A DNA stretch of 64,000 nucleotides from Eledone cirrhosa (Eukaryota), in the NCBI GenBank assembly GCA_964016885.1, contig OZ024742.1, positions 312,232,001-312,296,000 on the forward strand, written 5' to 3'. Positions 37,320 through 51,879 of the stretch are shown here, piece by piece. The notes under the pieces are model-generated. The model searched no databases, was not told the DNA's origin, and saw only the letters and a program-made list of their open reading frames with translations. The translations under genes and the position numbers were made by a program. Positions within the stretch are counted from its first letter, which is position 1. Every line of letters starts with the position of its first letter.

Positions 37320-40081
37320 TTATTTGTGTGTGTGTGTGTAGAATAATATATCCAGTTTAGTTTCGGTATAGTGTATTCCTGCATATCATAAGAGGTGACT
37401 AAAAGAGTTGATTCCAGGAGAGACATCCGATAATAAAACATTACTTGAAAAAGGACCCCATGAAGAGTATGATTAAGCCAGTTACAGAGTCCCACAGAGC
37501 TAAACCCTACTTTAACACGAAAAAATGGCCTTAAAACGCTTGTTGTAGTGTTACTGGTTCTTTGTGCTGATCAAATGTGGCACATGTGAGAGCTCTTCAA
37601 GTGTTTCTGCATTGTTTTCATTTCTTTGCCATGTCTTATAAGTGTGCTGAGAATGTTACACAAGTGTTGTGTGTAATTCTAGGTATTTCCTCAGTATATA
37701 TGTGTTATATGTTTATGTTATATATGATAGTTGGTTGGATTTAATGTTTTCTAACATAGCTGGTAAGAAGGGAGATGGTGGTTTTGGCAGATGCTTTTTG
37801 CCTATTTATCTGTAGTTGAAGATTTTTTTTTTTTTTAGTGGTTGAAGTAGGGGCTGAAAGAATTGTGCAAAGATGTGATTATGATGTTATCAGCATATGA
37901 GGTTATGATGTTTCTGCATATGAGTGAGGTTATGTATGTTTTGTAGAAGTGTTAGTAGGTTGGGTAGAGAACATGGGTGTAAAGATAAATCTCTATAGAA
38001 CACTGTTTGGGTTATTACAGGATTCTCTAAGTATTGTTATTTTGTTACTTAGCAACCAGCAGAGAGTTTACTAGCCAGTGTGAGCAAGTAATGGTGGTGG
38101 TGGTGGGATTTTGGGGGACTGGGGGGTAGGGGTAGTGAAACCAAAAGAAAACAAAATTATTCTAACGTCTGACACCATTCCTGGTTCTACAATACAACAC
38201 TTATTATAAAATGTTTATATTTATCTAAAAACCTTCCATCATAATTTTATGTAAACACCTTAGTTAAGTTATGTTTCAAGCACCAGATTAATGATGAGAA
38301 ATTTAATTATATTACTAAATCCCTCCAAATTCTTGATTATTTTCAAAATTTATTTGAAAAACATGGGCAGCGTGTCTAGCACAAGAAATATGATCAGAAA
38401 TATGTTAAGCTGAATATGTTGTTGCCATTTAGTAGGAAGACTGCCCAGATTGTGTGGACTTATGGTAAAAGACATTCCAGGTGTGACAATCCCATATTTG
38501 TTTTCAGAGACAGTATTTTTACCATTACAGTATCCAATGTGTAGTGGCTTAGCAAGCTTTATTCCCTCAACGCTTCAGTCCACACAACTGACAAAAAATA
38601 GTTATACTTGTAATTCAAATTGTCATGCTGAATCTCCCTAAGAACTATGTTAGGGCACACATGCCTGTGGATTGCTCAGCCACTTGCACATGAATTTGTG
38701 GAAGCTGCTCCAATATAACTGGAAAATTTGTTATCAGAACAAATAGAGGGCCAAACACACATTACTCAATGTAGAGAATAATGTATTGTAAAGTAGAGAG
38801 GGATATAAGGGCAAATATCTAGAGAGAACTGTAGTGTCATGAGGGTATAAATGGAAATGAAAAGAAAATGAATAGAAGCCATGTCTTGACCAGGAGATGC
38901 TTGAAGAGAGAATGAGAGAGAGTGAGTGACAGGGGGTTAATCTAGGGAGAGAATAGGCAGTGTCAAGGAGGAAACTGCCATAGGATGTGATGATTAGAAA
39001 GAAGGAAAGAAGGAAAGAGAAGCAGAGACCATCATCATCATCATTGTCATCATCACTGTGACATCTGTGTATAAATATGCTAACATGTGTTAGAAGAGAA
39101 TAAAGGATCAAATAGAAAAAAAATAAAAAAAAACAAAGCAGATGAGAATAGACAAGCCTGACCAAGGGAAACAAACATAAGCAATTCAAATAAATGACAG
39201 TGCCTTTCACATACCCCACACACCTCACACCACTGTATCATCAGTACCCTCTTTATCATTTGTATCCACCCCTCTTAATTGCTCACCTGCAGGCAGGACA
39301 GTAGCTAAGGACAGTGGAAATGGAAGGAAAGAGTTGGGAATCAAAAATCCAATATTTATAGCCCCATCTACACACACACACACACACACACACAATACAC
39401 TGAGTATTTAGTCATCAGTTTATTTTAATTTATATAGCTATTTACTTACCTGTGTTTATCTGTATCTTTTTCTTTACTAATACAGGTGTGTGTGTGTATA
39501 TATATGTGTATGTATGTGTATATATGTATGCATGCATATGCTTGATGTATGTATGTATTTATATCTTCTTATGTATGCATATATCTATCTATACAGTATG
39601 GCTACTATGTATATAGGTATTTATCCCTATGAATATGTTTGTATGTACCTATAGATGTATATATCTATCTATTCATCTATATATACCTACATATGTCTAT
39701 GTATGTAGTGATTTATCCAGCTCAATGAATGAGGGAATGTACATGTGTATAGATCTATTTATCTCTATATATGTACGATATCTATGCATCTATCTCTTAT
39801 CTGTCTCTTCCTTTAAAGTTGCAAATGAATATATAAAGGAATTTCTCCAAACCTTTATTACCTCGTTAATCAGTAAGGTATTCAATTACATTTGCATCCA
39901 GTTTCTAAAGACACTCCAGTATTTCCTCAGCCTAGCTTAATTATAATCATCACCAGCACCATCACCATCAACAACAACACACACATACAGGCATACAAAC
40001 ACACACAACAATTGAAAAGAAGGTTAACTAAAGGCAGCCAGACAAACAAACAAAAAAATAGCAAAAAGAAAATGAAAGAGG

Positions 40082-40368
40082 GAGTGAGACACTAGAGGGT
40101 GAGGGAGAGTGAGACACTAGAGGGTGGGAGAGTGAGACACTAGAAGGTGGCATAGTGAGACACTAGAGGGAGGGAGAGTGAAACACTAGAGGGTGGGGGA
40201 GTGAGACACTAGAGGGTGGGGGAGTGAGACACTAGAGGGTGGGGTGAGACACTAGAAGGTGGGGGTGAGACACTAGAAGGTGAGAGTGAGACACTAGAGG
40301 GTGGGAGAGTGAGACATTAGATGGTGGGAGTGAGACATTAGAGGGTGAGAGAGTGAGACACTAGAGTG
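40082..40368. repeat. Minisatellite, ~21-24-bp unit GAGTGAGACACTAGAGGGTGG(G), about 13 copies
   Basis: Seen directly. Confidence 0.92.
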
Positions 40369-40842
40369 TTAGTGAGAGAGATATAAAAAGGTGTGCATGT
40401 CAACCAACCAACCAAAACCATCACAACCAAAACTATCATTCAAAATGGATGTCAGCAAAAACTGAAATTATTTTCTATCCTTTTGAACCCCAAAACACCA
40501 TACAATTTCCATTTATTGCATTAAATTGGCAATCATTGTTGTGTTTATCCATCACAGCACACCAAACCTGCCCACTACCACAGGCCACACCACCCTGCTG
40601 TCTCCCCACAGTGAAAAAAAGGTGGAGAGGACAGGTAGGTAAGGTAAGGTAAGAGAAATTGAGGTGAAATAGAGGAACTCTCTCCAGGTGGGAAGAGATA
40701 ATGGAGGTGGGGGTGGAGGTGAAGATTGGAGTATTAGAGAGGAGGGGGAAGAGGACATTGTTAAAGTGCTTGATGTGGTTAGTTGCCACAATAAACATAG
40801 ATAGGGAGAGTGGGGACACACACACAAATATGTATGTGCATG

Positions 40843-40914
<72 letters not shown>

Positions 40915-40947
40915 TATATACATACATGTTTATATATATATATATAT

Positions 40948-41000
<53 letters not shown>

Positions 41001-41975
41001 AGAGGGGAAAACATTGGTGGGAGTGTTGATGCCCAGGTAATGATAAGGAGTGGCGGTGGGTGGCTGTTAATTGAGTTGCTTAGATGATTCAAGATGGAGG
41101 TGGGGTTGACTATTGTTGAAATATAAAGCAGGAAGGAAGGAACCCTTTCTGAAGGACATGAAGGTTTTTTTAATAACCTTAGCTCATTCAGCCATGTTCC
41201 TTCTTCACCACCACCACCTTCATACACCACCATCAATACCACCAACACCACCACTGCTACTTCTTAAAATCTGGGAAAGAAGAACCAGGTGTCCATACAT
41301 AAATAACCCCCCCCCCTCCTACTGCCTACTGAAGAGGACCTCTTCATAAAAATACCCCCCTCCCCCAAACCCCAGTTTTGAAGTGGATGACCCTCTCATC
41401 ATTCTTTTAGGTAGATAACTGGTACTGTGTATCAAACTCTTTACTGTGTGTGTGTGTGTGTAAAGAGAAGACTGTGTGTGTGTGTGTAACTGGGAATACT
41501 ATGTGTGTTTATAAAGGGAAGCCAATGTGTGCCTAATGTGTGTATGGAGTGAGAGACAAGAGTGTGTGTGTGTGTGTATGTGGAGGAATAGAAAAGAGAT
41601 AATGAGTGTGTTTATAAAGATAAATCTGTGGGTGTGTGTCTGCATGTGTGTATGTAATGGGAAGATTGTGTGTGGAGTGAGAGAGGGGGAGAGTGGTGTG
41701 GAGAAAGAGGAGGTGTGTGTGTTTGTGTGTAGAATAATGGAAGTGGGGGAGGTGGCATAGAATGGCAACATGCTATGTAAGCTGGTGTGACTCCCATGTA
41801 GGGAGGTGATAAACAATATATCACTGACAGGGGAGAGATGCCAGTTTAACTCTCTCTCTCACACACACTTTCTTTACTACTCTCTCTCTTCACAAACAAA
41901 GACACACACACACACACACACACACAAATACATTTACATACACATACACACAATGTATTGACATACTGCATATGC

Positions 41976-42006
<31 letters not shown>

Positions 42007-43589
42007 AATGTAAGTATACCCACACATAGATACACACACACACATAATACATACATATGTATGCTTGCACTCACACATGCAGTTAGATACATACACACAT
42101 ACATACAAGTACACACACACACACATATACATACATGCGTGTGCATGCACTCTCACACACACAGATAGATACATATACACATACATACATGCTCTCTCAC
42201 ATACACACATAGACAGACAGATAGATAGATAGATAGAGAAGGAGGGAGAGAAATCAGAGAAAGTAAGAGGATACATGAGAATGAGGGGGGATTAATGGAG
42301 AATGAATGGAAAAGATTTAAAGAGGAGGGGGGGGGGGGCGAAACAGGAAAAGATGAAGGTGGAGGAGGAAATAAAGTGATAAAAAGAGAGGAACTGGAAA
42401 TAAAGGTAAAGTGACATAGGGAGGAAATTAGTGGGGGTGGGAGAGAGAAAGAAGGGAGCAGGGGGATCAGAATGGATGGAACCACAAAAAGGAGCAAAGT
42501 GAAGGGAGGGTTACAAAATAAAAGGTATCTGTTGGTTAATAGTAGTAATAGTAGAGGTGGTAGTAGTAGTAGTAGTGGTGGTGGTGGTGGTGGTAGTAGT
42601 GGTAGTAAGTAGGAGAGAGAGAGAGAGAGAGAGATATGTGTAAACAATAACTTCTGAATGATAGATACTAATTGATATGCTTCCTATTATGTCTATGCAC
42701 AAACACGCGCATGCACACACACAATGCTAGTGACACAATAAAATGCACCTGACACACTCTGCAAAATGATTTCTGTTAGGGAGGGCATCCAGCCACAGAA
42801 ACCATAATAAAATTGGGACCTATAGGCATGACAATGTTTAATTCGTCTAGGAAAGAGAGCAGAATCTCTGAATATGTATATAATAGGCTTCGTTGAGGAG
42901 ATCTAATAACATTGAAACATGTCCATTGCTTTCACTAAGTTGCTTTAGAGACAAAAACAATACCCAGTGCATTGTCTTCGAGTGTTCCAAGACTTGAATC
43001 AGCCAACGCTATATGAGTTAACTCCCTTGCTTGCTTTCCATGACCTGAATGCCCTATAGGTAAGTTCCGTGCTTGAAATTGCAAAGACAGTTATAGTTGA
43101 TTGGATTTTTTTCCAGACACCACCATATTCAGACAAAGACTGTGTATATGTGTGCACAAACACCTATATCATCATTGTTTAACATCATTTTACCAATGGA
43201 CAGGTCAACACTGACTATGTCAGTATTTGATTGGTGCTTCCGGCCTCTCAGATGGGATGGGAGCTGCATCTCATTTACACATGTTCCCACACTTTACAGA
43301 GTGCACTGGATGCATTTTATCATAGAACCAGCACCAGGAAGGTTGTTATGTTCTCAATACTATTGAAGAGTCCTCTCAACCTTTTGTTTGGCAAGTTTGT
43401 TACAGCTGGATGCCCTTCCTATCACCAACCACTTTACGCCATGTACTGGATGCATTTGTCACTAACATTAGAGAGTTTATCATAGACATCTCATGTCTTC
43501 TAAGAGCCACCTTTTCCAATATATACAGTCACTGCCTTTGTCTCTCTCCCCATCTCTCACTATTATAAGGAAATGAGGGCCCATGTGTT

Positions 43590-43783
43590 GGCTGTCCCCC
43601 AGCCCCGGCAGACAGAATAGGGAAGGTGTTTCCGCGGAGGATGGTGAGAGAGACGCGTTGGAAGAGCCATTCCAGCTCGCGAGGCTCACAGCTGTGGGTA
43701 GTCAACTCCGTGCTGATGGTGGTGATTAGCGAGGTGGTCCTAAGGCCAAGGACACCAGAAGTCTCCAATGCTAATATTAACAT
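43590..43783 (-). pseudogene. 3' fragment of a CRE-like non-LTR retrotransposon (restriction-like endonuclease C-terminus)
   Basis: LALETSGVLG...EPRELEWLFQRVSLTILRGN matches the E-T-x-G ... F-Q-R-L-S-x-A-I-Q-R-G-N pattern of CRE-clade C-termini; locally GC/CpG-rich. Confidence 0.75.
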
Positions 43784-45040
43784 TATGTCAATGGTTTCTA
43801 TGAATGTATACCAATCCTATCAATAACCACTGTGCAATATGAATGGGGTGATACCCAAGTGCATGTGAGATATTTTGCCATTATGACAATGGTTTTATTG
43901 CTAAATGCCCTTCCTATAACCAACAACTTTACAGGATGTACTGAGTGCATTTTATTGTGCTATGAGTGCATGTGTATGTGTGTGCATGCAAGCATTGTCA
44001 TTATAAGCTTAGCAAATGCTAACCACCCAACAGCAATATAGTATGACTGAGGGCAAATAGTCCTCACACACACACAAAATACATACAGACAGACACAATT
44101 TTACTATCACAAATAGTACTAGAAACACTTCCTTCATCAGGAAGACAGAAGTGACATTATAATGACAAACACACAAACATTGAAATTAACTTAATTAAAT
44201 AAAATTAATGAATGAAGAGAGAAGGGGAGAGAAAAAGAGAGTAGGAAAGCTTGTCAAAATCACTTATTCACCATTCTTCTCCCTATATGCCATTTCAAGT
44301 TGACAGTTGGTAAACTGGGAATGTGGGGGTTAGTAGGAAAGAGACAAGAAAGAGATAGGAGAGAGAGAGAGAAGAAAGAGAGAGGAGAGAGAGAGAGACA
44401 GGGGAAGAGTAAGAGGTTTTAGGAGAGAGAAGTAGAAAAAGAAAAGAGAAAATTAGATTTGTCATTTCTTCTAGAAAAAAAAAGACAATAAGGCAAATGA
44501 CAAGAAATCCCAATGGCTGTCTCACTGCCCTACCTACCCCACTGCCTATAACTGAATGCATGCGCGCGCACACACACAGTAATGTGGAAGAGTTCAGGAT
44601 TGAATCTGTGTGACAGTAAAGGTTGATGATTAGTTGAGCAGCCCAGCAACTGAGAGAAAGTACATGCAATTAAAATATAAAATGAAATTACATACCCTGC
44701 TGCTGCTACTACTACTACTACTGCCACCACCACCACCACATAATTGCTGATAGCAATTGTTTTATAGCTCTCAATCTTTTATTCTCCTTCCTACATGCCA
44801 AAAAATAGCCCCAAAATCCTTGTTATATTAAAACAATGACCATTAGAACCAGCAGCAACACCACCACCACTACTATCATTGTTCAAAGGATATATGCTCA
44901 GTATAACAGTTGAGTCCCTATGAGCATGGTTTCTGTATTAATTCCTGATGGAGCCCTAGAGGTGATGTCATAACATATGGCATGTCTTGGCCACTTTAAA
45001 TCTAGCTGAGGTCATTCTTTTCTCTAGATTCCAGCAAAGG

Positions 45041-45109
<69 letters not shown>

Positions 45110-45594
45110 AAGCAAGAGGGGGCGGGTAAAGTGATACAGAAGCATAGATTGCAGTAATGGACTAGTGCTTGAGCCTAAACAAATATCGCAAAGAAATGTA
45201 TCTGATGTACACATAGCCAATTTCTCGAATTTTTACGAAGTGCTGAGCGGATAAAATGAATATAAAGAGTGGTGTGCTTATGCAAGGAGTTGCTATGAAA
45301 TAGCTTATAAAATAGGGTGTAGACTCTTCTTGTAGAAGAGATGTATTCCACTGATCAGAAAGTTCATCTACAGCCAACACCCTCAGTACAAAATGTTCAG
45401 TATGCTGTAGCTATTATGTCCCTTGATCAGCTCTCCACAGCTGCCACTCCCATTTCAAGTAACAGAAACATTGAAAATTGGCAACCACCAAGTAATATCC
45501 TTGTAGGATAACTCTTAATGTAGGATGATTTTAACATTTTGTGCTATTTCATGGTCATACTTTTGAGGGTTTTACGAACATTATTAATTATTTC

Positions 45595-45753
45595 ATTAAT
45601 GAAATAATTGTTTCTACTTTTGGCACAAGGCCAGCAATTACCACAGTGTATTACTGGTACTTTATTTTACAGGGTTGATAAAATAAGGCACCAGTAATAC
45701 ACTAGGATAATTGCTGGCCTTGTGGCAAAAGTAGAAACAGTTATTTCATTAAT
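45595..45753. repeat. ~160-bp palindrome made of two inverted SINE 3' halves
   Basis: Arms ATTAATGAAATAATTGTTTCTACTTTTGGCACAAGGCCAGCAATTA...CTTTATTTTA and its complement, around a ~9-nt spacer. Confidence 0.88.
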
Positions 45754-46777
45754 AAGATTATAACTTAACATATTGTTCTTATACAAAATTATGCTGGAAG
45801 ATTTTTATTTTAAACAGGAACCTTTAAAATGTATGGTTTTATTTGTTAAACCCCCCACCTGGTTTTTGCTGGGTTGGTATAGAAAGTATTAAAGCTCTAT
45901 ACCATTTTGGGTAAGTCTTTGTTCATGGAATACTCTTCTATATTCTGACCTCACCTGATAATTTACTGTCTTCACTAGCTCACTTCCTCACCCCACCTAC
46001 CTATCTTTCTATGAATTTTCTTTTATCCTGAGCCTTCCCCTGTCTCTATTTCTATCAAGTATATTCAATCTTTCTCTCTCTCCATTATTGTTAACTTCCA
46101 GTTCTGTCTAGTGCTCTGATAAGGGGGACATTTTTATCAGACTGGTGGAAATTTATTACAGAAATCTGTCTTTTCAGCCAGACTTTTTGTCTCAGTTCCA
46201 AACTTCATCCAAAGTCTGTTTAGAATCACAGAGAGTAAATCTTTACCTAAGATGAAGTCCAGCAGCTATGATGGGTTACATAGGAGTCAAATACTTCTAA
46301 TAATTAATTTTTTCTGTGAAGGTCAATGAAAGTCAGTTAAGTTATCTCAGGAAGTGTTATTTTTTTTTTTGGTGGTGTAAATTTATAAATGACAAAAGTA
46401 ATTACAAATACACACACAACTGTGGGTATGAAGGAAAAAATAAAACAATCAACAAATTACAAATGTTCTATAGATGTAAATAGTGTAACTTCTTATGTAT
46501 TTAAATAAATATATAAGGCCTGGTTGACCTACGAGGCATTAAGAAATTCCAAATATATATTTATCATCATCATTGCCACCACCATTTAACATTCATTTTT
46601 CCATGCTAGCATGGGTTAGACAAGTTGTTCTATTTGAGACAAATCAGGTCAAAAGACCGTGTCTTGCTCATACAGAACTGTTTCTAAATTGGTTTCTATG
46701 GCTGGATGCCCTTCCTAACACCAACTTTATTTAAAGCATGGACTGGGTACTATATATATATAATTATATATATATAT

Positions 46778-46809
<32 letters not shown>

Positions 46810-48032
46810 TTATTTAATTATGTAATAAACAACAAAAGATAAATATTTCATTTACCAGTGGTTTCTTGAAGGCAGATGTTGTCTGTTTTCAGTCGCCAGA
46901 ATGAATAAATAACATATATATATATACACACACATTGACCATGTATATCTATCTAGTTTAGAATAGGCAAAATAAATAGGATGGTCATGGCAGGAGCACC
47001 ATTGATTCATACAGTCAGTTTGATTAGAGTCTATCTAGGGCTAAACAATAACAACAATATGATGCAGCAAAAGATTTGATTGATATTAAATGTTGTAAAT
47101 CACTGCAGTTAACAGCAAACATAGCAGCTATTACTAAAATATAAAGGAGGAACCAAGAGAGACATGGAAACATTAGCACTTTTATTACCATGTTTCTAAT
47201 GAAACACACTCTTAATATGTTTCACATTATTGATAAAATAATCTACCATTTTGAGGAATTAAGTAAAATAACTTTTTTCATTAGTAAGCTATTGTTTGGA
47301 AAATAACAACAAAATTTCTTAAATACTTCTAATGGAAAGCATTAATATAAATATGAACACTTTAAAATGAGCAATTTTGTATCATAGAACCAGGGGCAAT
47401 TTCAGATGTTTTGGTATCAAATGGGTGAAGGGACTGTTTAACATAATTATAGAAAAAGACTTGAAACAAAACGTAGAAAATAGCTTTTCTTCGCCTTTGG
47501 GGACTCACATTTAACAGAATACTCATCATCATTATCATCAATGTTTAATATCCATTTACTATGCTTGCCTGGGTTAGACTGGTTGTCCACATCATGAGAC
47601 TGTTTTTTTTTTAAAATTATTTCCTTATATTTTTAATGAAAGATACAGCCTATGATTTACAGTTAATCAAGAATTTAAAGGGATTTAGCAAAATAACTAA
47701 CTTTCTTATTATTAAGTTCGTTTTTGGAATTTAACTTAACAAAACCATTTCTAACAGCATCCATCACCCAACAGATCACAACAACCTCTCAAGGGTTTAT
47801 GCCACTGATAAAACTCCTCTAGCCCACCCCAACACACTCTAAGGTGGTAGTGTTGGTACCTTGATAAAATATACATAATATACTCCGCAAATGATTGACA
47901 TTAGCAAGGCTAGAAGCCATGCCAAAAAAAGGAACATATGAGTAAGATGTGGCCCCACAACCCAGGCCAACATGGAATAGAGATGTAAAATGATGATGAT
48001 AAACACTTTAAAACAAGCAGTTTTGTCTAGAA

Positions 48033-50464
48033 CGTGGTCCAAGTGGACCACCGGTGGTCCACAGAGAATTCGTAACCATAAAAAAATTGTAGCCATTTCA
48101 CAAAAATGTAACTAATATAATATTTTGTTTAATTACACACATATCCATTAAATTTGAAAATTTCGAAATTACGTAGGTATTATGCAGTGCTATATTTATT
48201 TATTTATTTTTTATTCATATAAAAAATGGTACTTGTAACGAATGTACGTACCGTGAAATCTTCTTCGTTGATAACTAAAACGGACAGACAGACAGACATT
48301 CGGCAAATTATAGTAAGATATTCAAGAGAATAGCAAAGACTCGGTACATATATCCGCCACAAGGACCCAAAAAATTATTCCTATGCTAATAGATCACTAC
48401 ACAATATTGTTTGATAATAAATTTGATATTTCTAATTTATAGAAATAAAGTATTTATTATTTTTTTTTTTTCATATCAGTTGTAAGAATGTCTGAACCAA
48501 CTGCTAAAAAGGCAAAACTGAGGAATTACACAGAAGATTTTATCATGTTTGGCTTTGTATCTGTAGACTCAAAACCTATGTGTCTTGAATGTGGTGCCAT
48601 CTTGACAAAACATTCCATGGAAGAAAGTTAAGCTGGAGCAGCACCAGAAATCAAAGCATCCATCATCTGTTGGTAAAGATAGGGAATATTTTGAGAATAA
48701 AAATATAAGTCAAACTATCCAACTTTGTAAAGAAGATGAATACTACAAAAGCAAAGACACTCAAACCAAGTTATTTGGTCTCTGAAATTATTGCCAAGGT
48801 TGCAGCACCTCAGGTTTATGGTGAGAAGTTTGTCAAGCCTGCTATGATAGGTTGTGCAAATGAGATTCTGGGAAAAGATGCTGCATCTACCCTGAGTACA
48901 ATTCCACTTTCAAATGACACTATTACAAGAAGACAGGATGAAATGTCTAATTTTGTTGAGGAGAAGATGGTGGAAATTCTGCAAAAGACAAAGTTTTCTA
49001 TCCAGGTTGATGAGAGCACAATTCATAACCAAGCTATCCTTCTGGTCTATGTCAGATTCATCCATGATATAAGGGAAGAAATGTTATTCATTAAAAGTTT
49101 GCCTGAAACTACTAATGGAGAAGATATATTCAATGAAGTAATGCAGTATTTTAATGATAAAAAATATTCCATTGACTAATTTGATCAACATTGCATCAGA
49201 TGGAGCTGCAGCCATGCCTGGAAAAGTGAAAGGCTTTGTTTCTAGAATGAAATCGGTTGCTCCTCACATCTTTTATATACATTGCATTATCCACAGACAG
49301 CATTTGGTTGCTAAGAATATTAGAGGAGACATGCAAGAAGCACTCAACACTGCCATACATGCAAATCAAACTCAGTGAATAATAGATTTTTTGTGCAATT
49401 CTGTGAAGATAAAAATTTAAAAACCCTATTGCTTCACACAGAAGTAAGATGGTTGTCAAAAGGCCTGAGTCTTGAAAGACTAGTGAATTTGTGGGAACCA
49501 TTAATCAACTTTCTCATGTTCAAATCCCAAATGACTCATTACAACTCCAAGAAGCAAGCTGATACAGCTAAGGAAATTTTGGAAAGACTTCCTGAGTTTA
49601 AATCAAAAATATTCTGATTGATATTTTTAAAACAGTGAATCTGCTTAACTTGGAGCTGCAAGGTAGAAGATCAGATTTAGTCACCTGTGCTCAGAAGATA
49701 AAAGGCTATATGGGGAAATTGAAATTTTGGAAAAAACAGTTTGAGAAAATTTTTTTAGCGTCATTTCAAAATGTCAACACCACTGCTCCTCCATCAGAAT
49801 GCATTGCCCATCTTCAAGGTCTTCGTGTAGACTTTGAGAGAAGATACAATGATCTATTAAAGATGGATTATCCACTCTGGTTTGTAGACCTAGAAAATTA
49901 TGAGCCAGGAGATGAAAATGTTGAGTTGACTGAAATGTTGTTGGACTTGAAAGAGAATGTAAAACTGAGAAGAAGAGTTGACAAAGAAGGTGTCTTTGCC
50001 TACATATCGATAAAGGACTCGCACCCAAATATTTTTCAACATGTAGAAGCAAGCATAATTTCTTTCCCTACCACATGGATGGTGGAATCTGGATTTTCAG
50101 CTGTTGTGGATGTTTTCAGTAGAAAAAGAAATAAATTAGATCTCAACAGCAGAGGAACTATCAGACTAAGACTGATTGACTTCATCAAAATTGATTATGA
50201 TATCTTGTGTCAGAAACACCAAGATCAAGGTAGTCACTAGCTGAATGGACTAAAACTGAATGACTTCATCAAAATTGATTTTGATATCCTGTGTTTATCC
50301 TTGTTTACTAAAATAAATTTTAAAGTGTAAATAGACTATTTTGTCTTTTCATTAAGTATTTTAGTGTGAAAATGGAACAGCTTAAAAGTAAAAGTAGGAG
50401 TGGTCCATTGGAATTTTTTGAAGAAAAAAATGGTCCATGGGCTGAAAAAGGTTGAGAAGCACTG
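48033..50464 (+). mobile_element. Buster-type hAT DNA transposon (decayed, left TIR mostly deleted)
   Basis: Right TIR GGTTGAGAAGCACTG; subterminal TGGTCCA repeats at both ends; TSD GTCTAGAA (48025-48032) / ATCTAGAA (50465-50472). Confidence 0.88.
48488..50240 (+). pseudogene. Buster/ZBED8-like hAT transposase pseudogene
   Basis: BED-like finger (PMCLECG...LEQHQKSKHP), PLSNDTITRR, FSIQVDEST, ASDGAAAM, HCIIHRQHL, HTEVRWLSKG, FPTTWMVESGFS; split by several frameshifts and stops. Confidence 0.93.
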
Positions 50465-51394
50465 ATCTAGAAGTACCAGGGACAGTTTGAGGTAGGTGGC
50501 TTCGTTCTCAAAAAAGTAAACTCTTTTCGTACCAACCTACCCAAGACTTTCTCTAGTTCTATGAAATGAAACTGTCTATTTTAAGTGTCCTTACTTGAAT
50601 TAAAATTTTCCAGCATAATGTTACAATTACTAGCTTTACATTGAAAAAGTTAATGATCTTAATAAACCCCTTCAAATTTTTCATTAATCAATTCAAATAC
50701 AGTGTATCTAATTAGAAATGCAGTACTGAAAGAGTTAATCCTTTAACATTTAAACTGGCTGTATCGGCCAGAATTTTCTCACCTCTTTCTGTTCAAACTG
50801 GCCATAGCTGGCCACTCATACTGATGTTAAGGTATTGTTCTCAAAATAAATTATATAAAAATCTCATAGATTATATATTATGTGAGATAAAGCCTTTACT
50901 GTGAAAATAGAACCTTAAATATAGAGTAATGTAAATGCTAAAGGATTAGGATTTTTTAGTATAATCACAGACAAAGCCTGTTCAAATGAGACAAAAAATG
51001 TTTGGAGACTTACAGTTAGAGGGCAATACTAAATAATTTTTTTTTTTTTTTGTGGGGCAGTGATCAGAAATATAGTTTGAAAAATTATGCTGTGTGGATA
51101 TCAAGAAGGAATAATTGATTCATAAAAACCAAGTAAAAAAACAAAAAACAGATATACACAAAATCACACATACTCACACACAATCTCTTTCACCCTCTCA
51201 CACACATGCATACACTGTCTCCTTTACACACACACAATCCTTCTCTCTCTCTCTCTCTCTCATGCTCACACAAAGTGTTTATTGCTCTAGACAAGACTAG
51301 AAAGAGAATAAAACAAAACTAAGAAAAAAATCCATAAATACACTGAAGTTCTTTATCAACACTATAAAACGAGAAGGGGGATAGAGGAAGAAGG

Positions 51395-51426
<32 letters not shown>

Positions 51427-51879
51427 ACAGGACAGGCAGATACAAACAAAAACACAGTTACAGGATTAAGTTATTGAAAGCTAGAGTGGCCTGCACTAGC
51501 CACCATGCACTAGTTGTGCAGCTGCAACATCTGTTGGATCTATATCAGTGAAGAAACGTCTCTGGCTATTGTTCAATCCTACAGTTAACTGTGCAGTAGT
51601 TAGTTTTACAGACTACTGAAAGAATAAAATAAATAAGACTTAGAGTAAATAAGATTTGAACAGATGCTGTGATAGGGGTTACTTCACTACAACAGTGGTT
51701 GTGAACATACCACCTAACTTATCCTGACAACAGGATGATGGTTACGTACCTACGCACATAAAACTGGTCAATTACAATGACGATTGTTTCAGTTGATAAC
51801 AGTCATGTTGCTTTCTTTGAACTTTTTAAGAAGGCCTTCAAAATGCAGTTTGATGTGTTACACAACTATAAGAGATAAA

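Noticed and set aside
40082-40368. Constant core with variable spacer suggesting CRISPR
   Set aside because: Spacers are short G-rich variants of one another; ordinary minisatellite.
48736-50240. Domesticated ZBED8/SCAND3-like host gene
   Set aside because: Multiple frameshifts and stops plus a retained TIR and TSD indicate a dead transposon.
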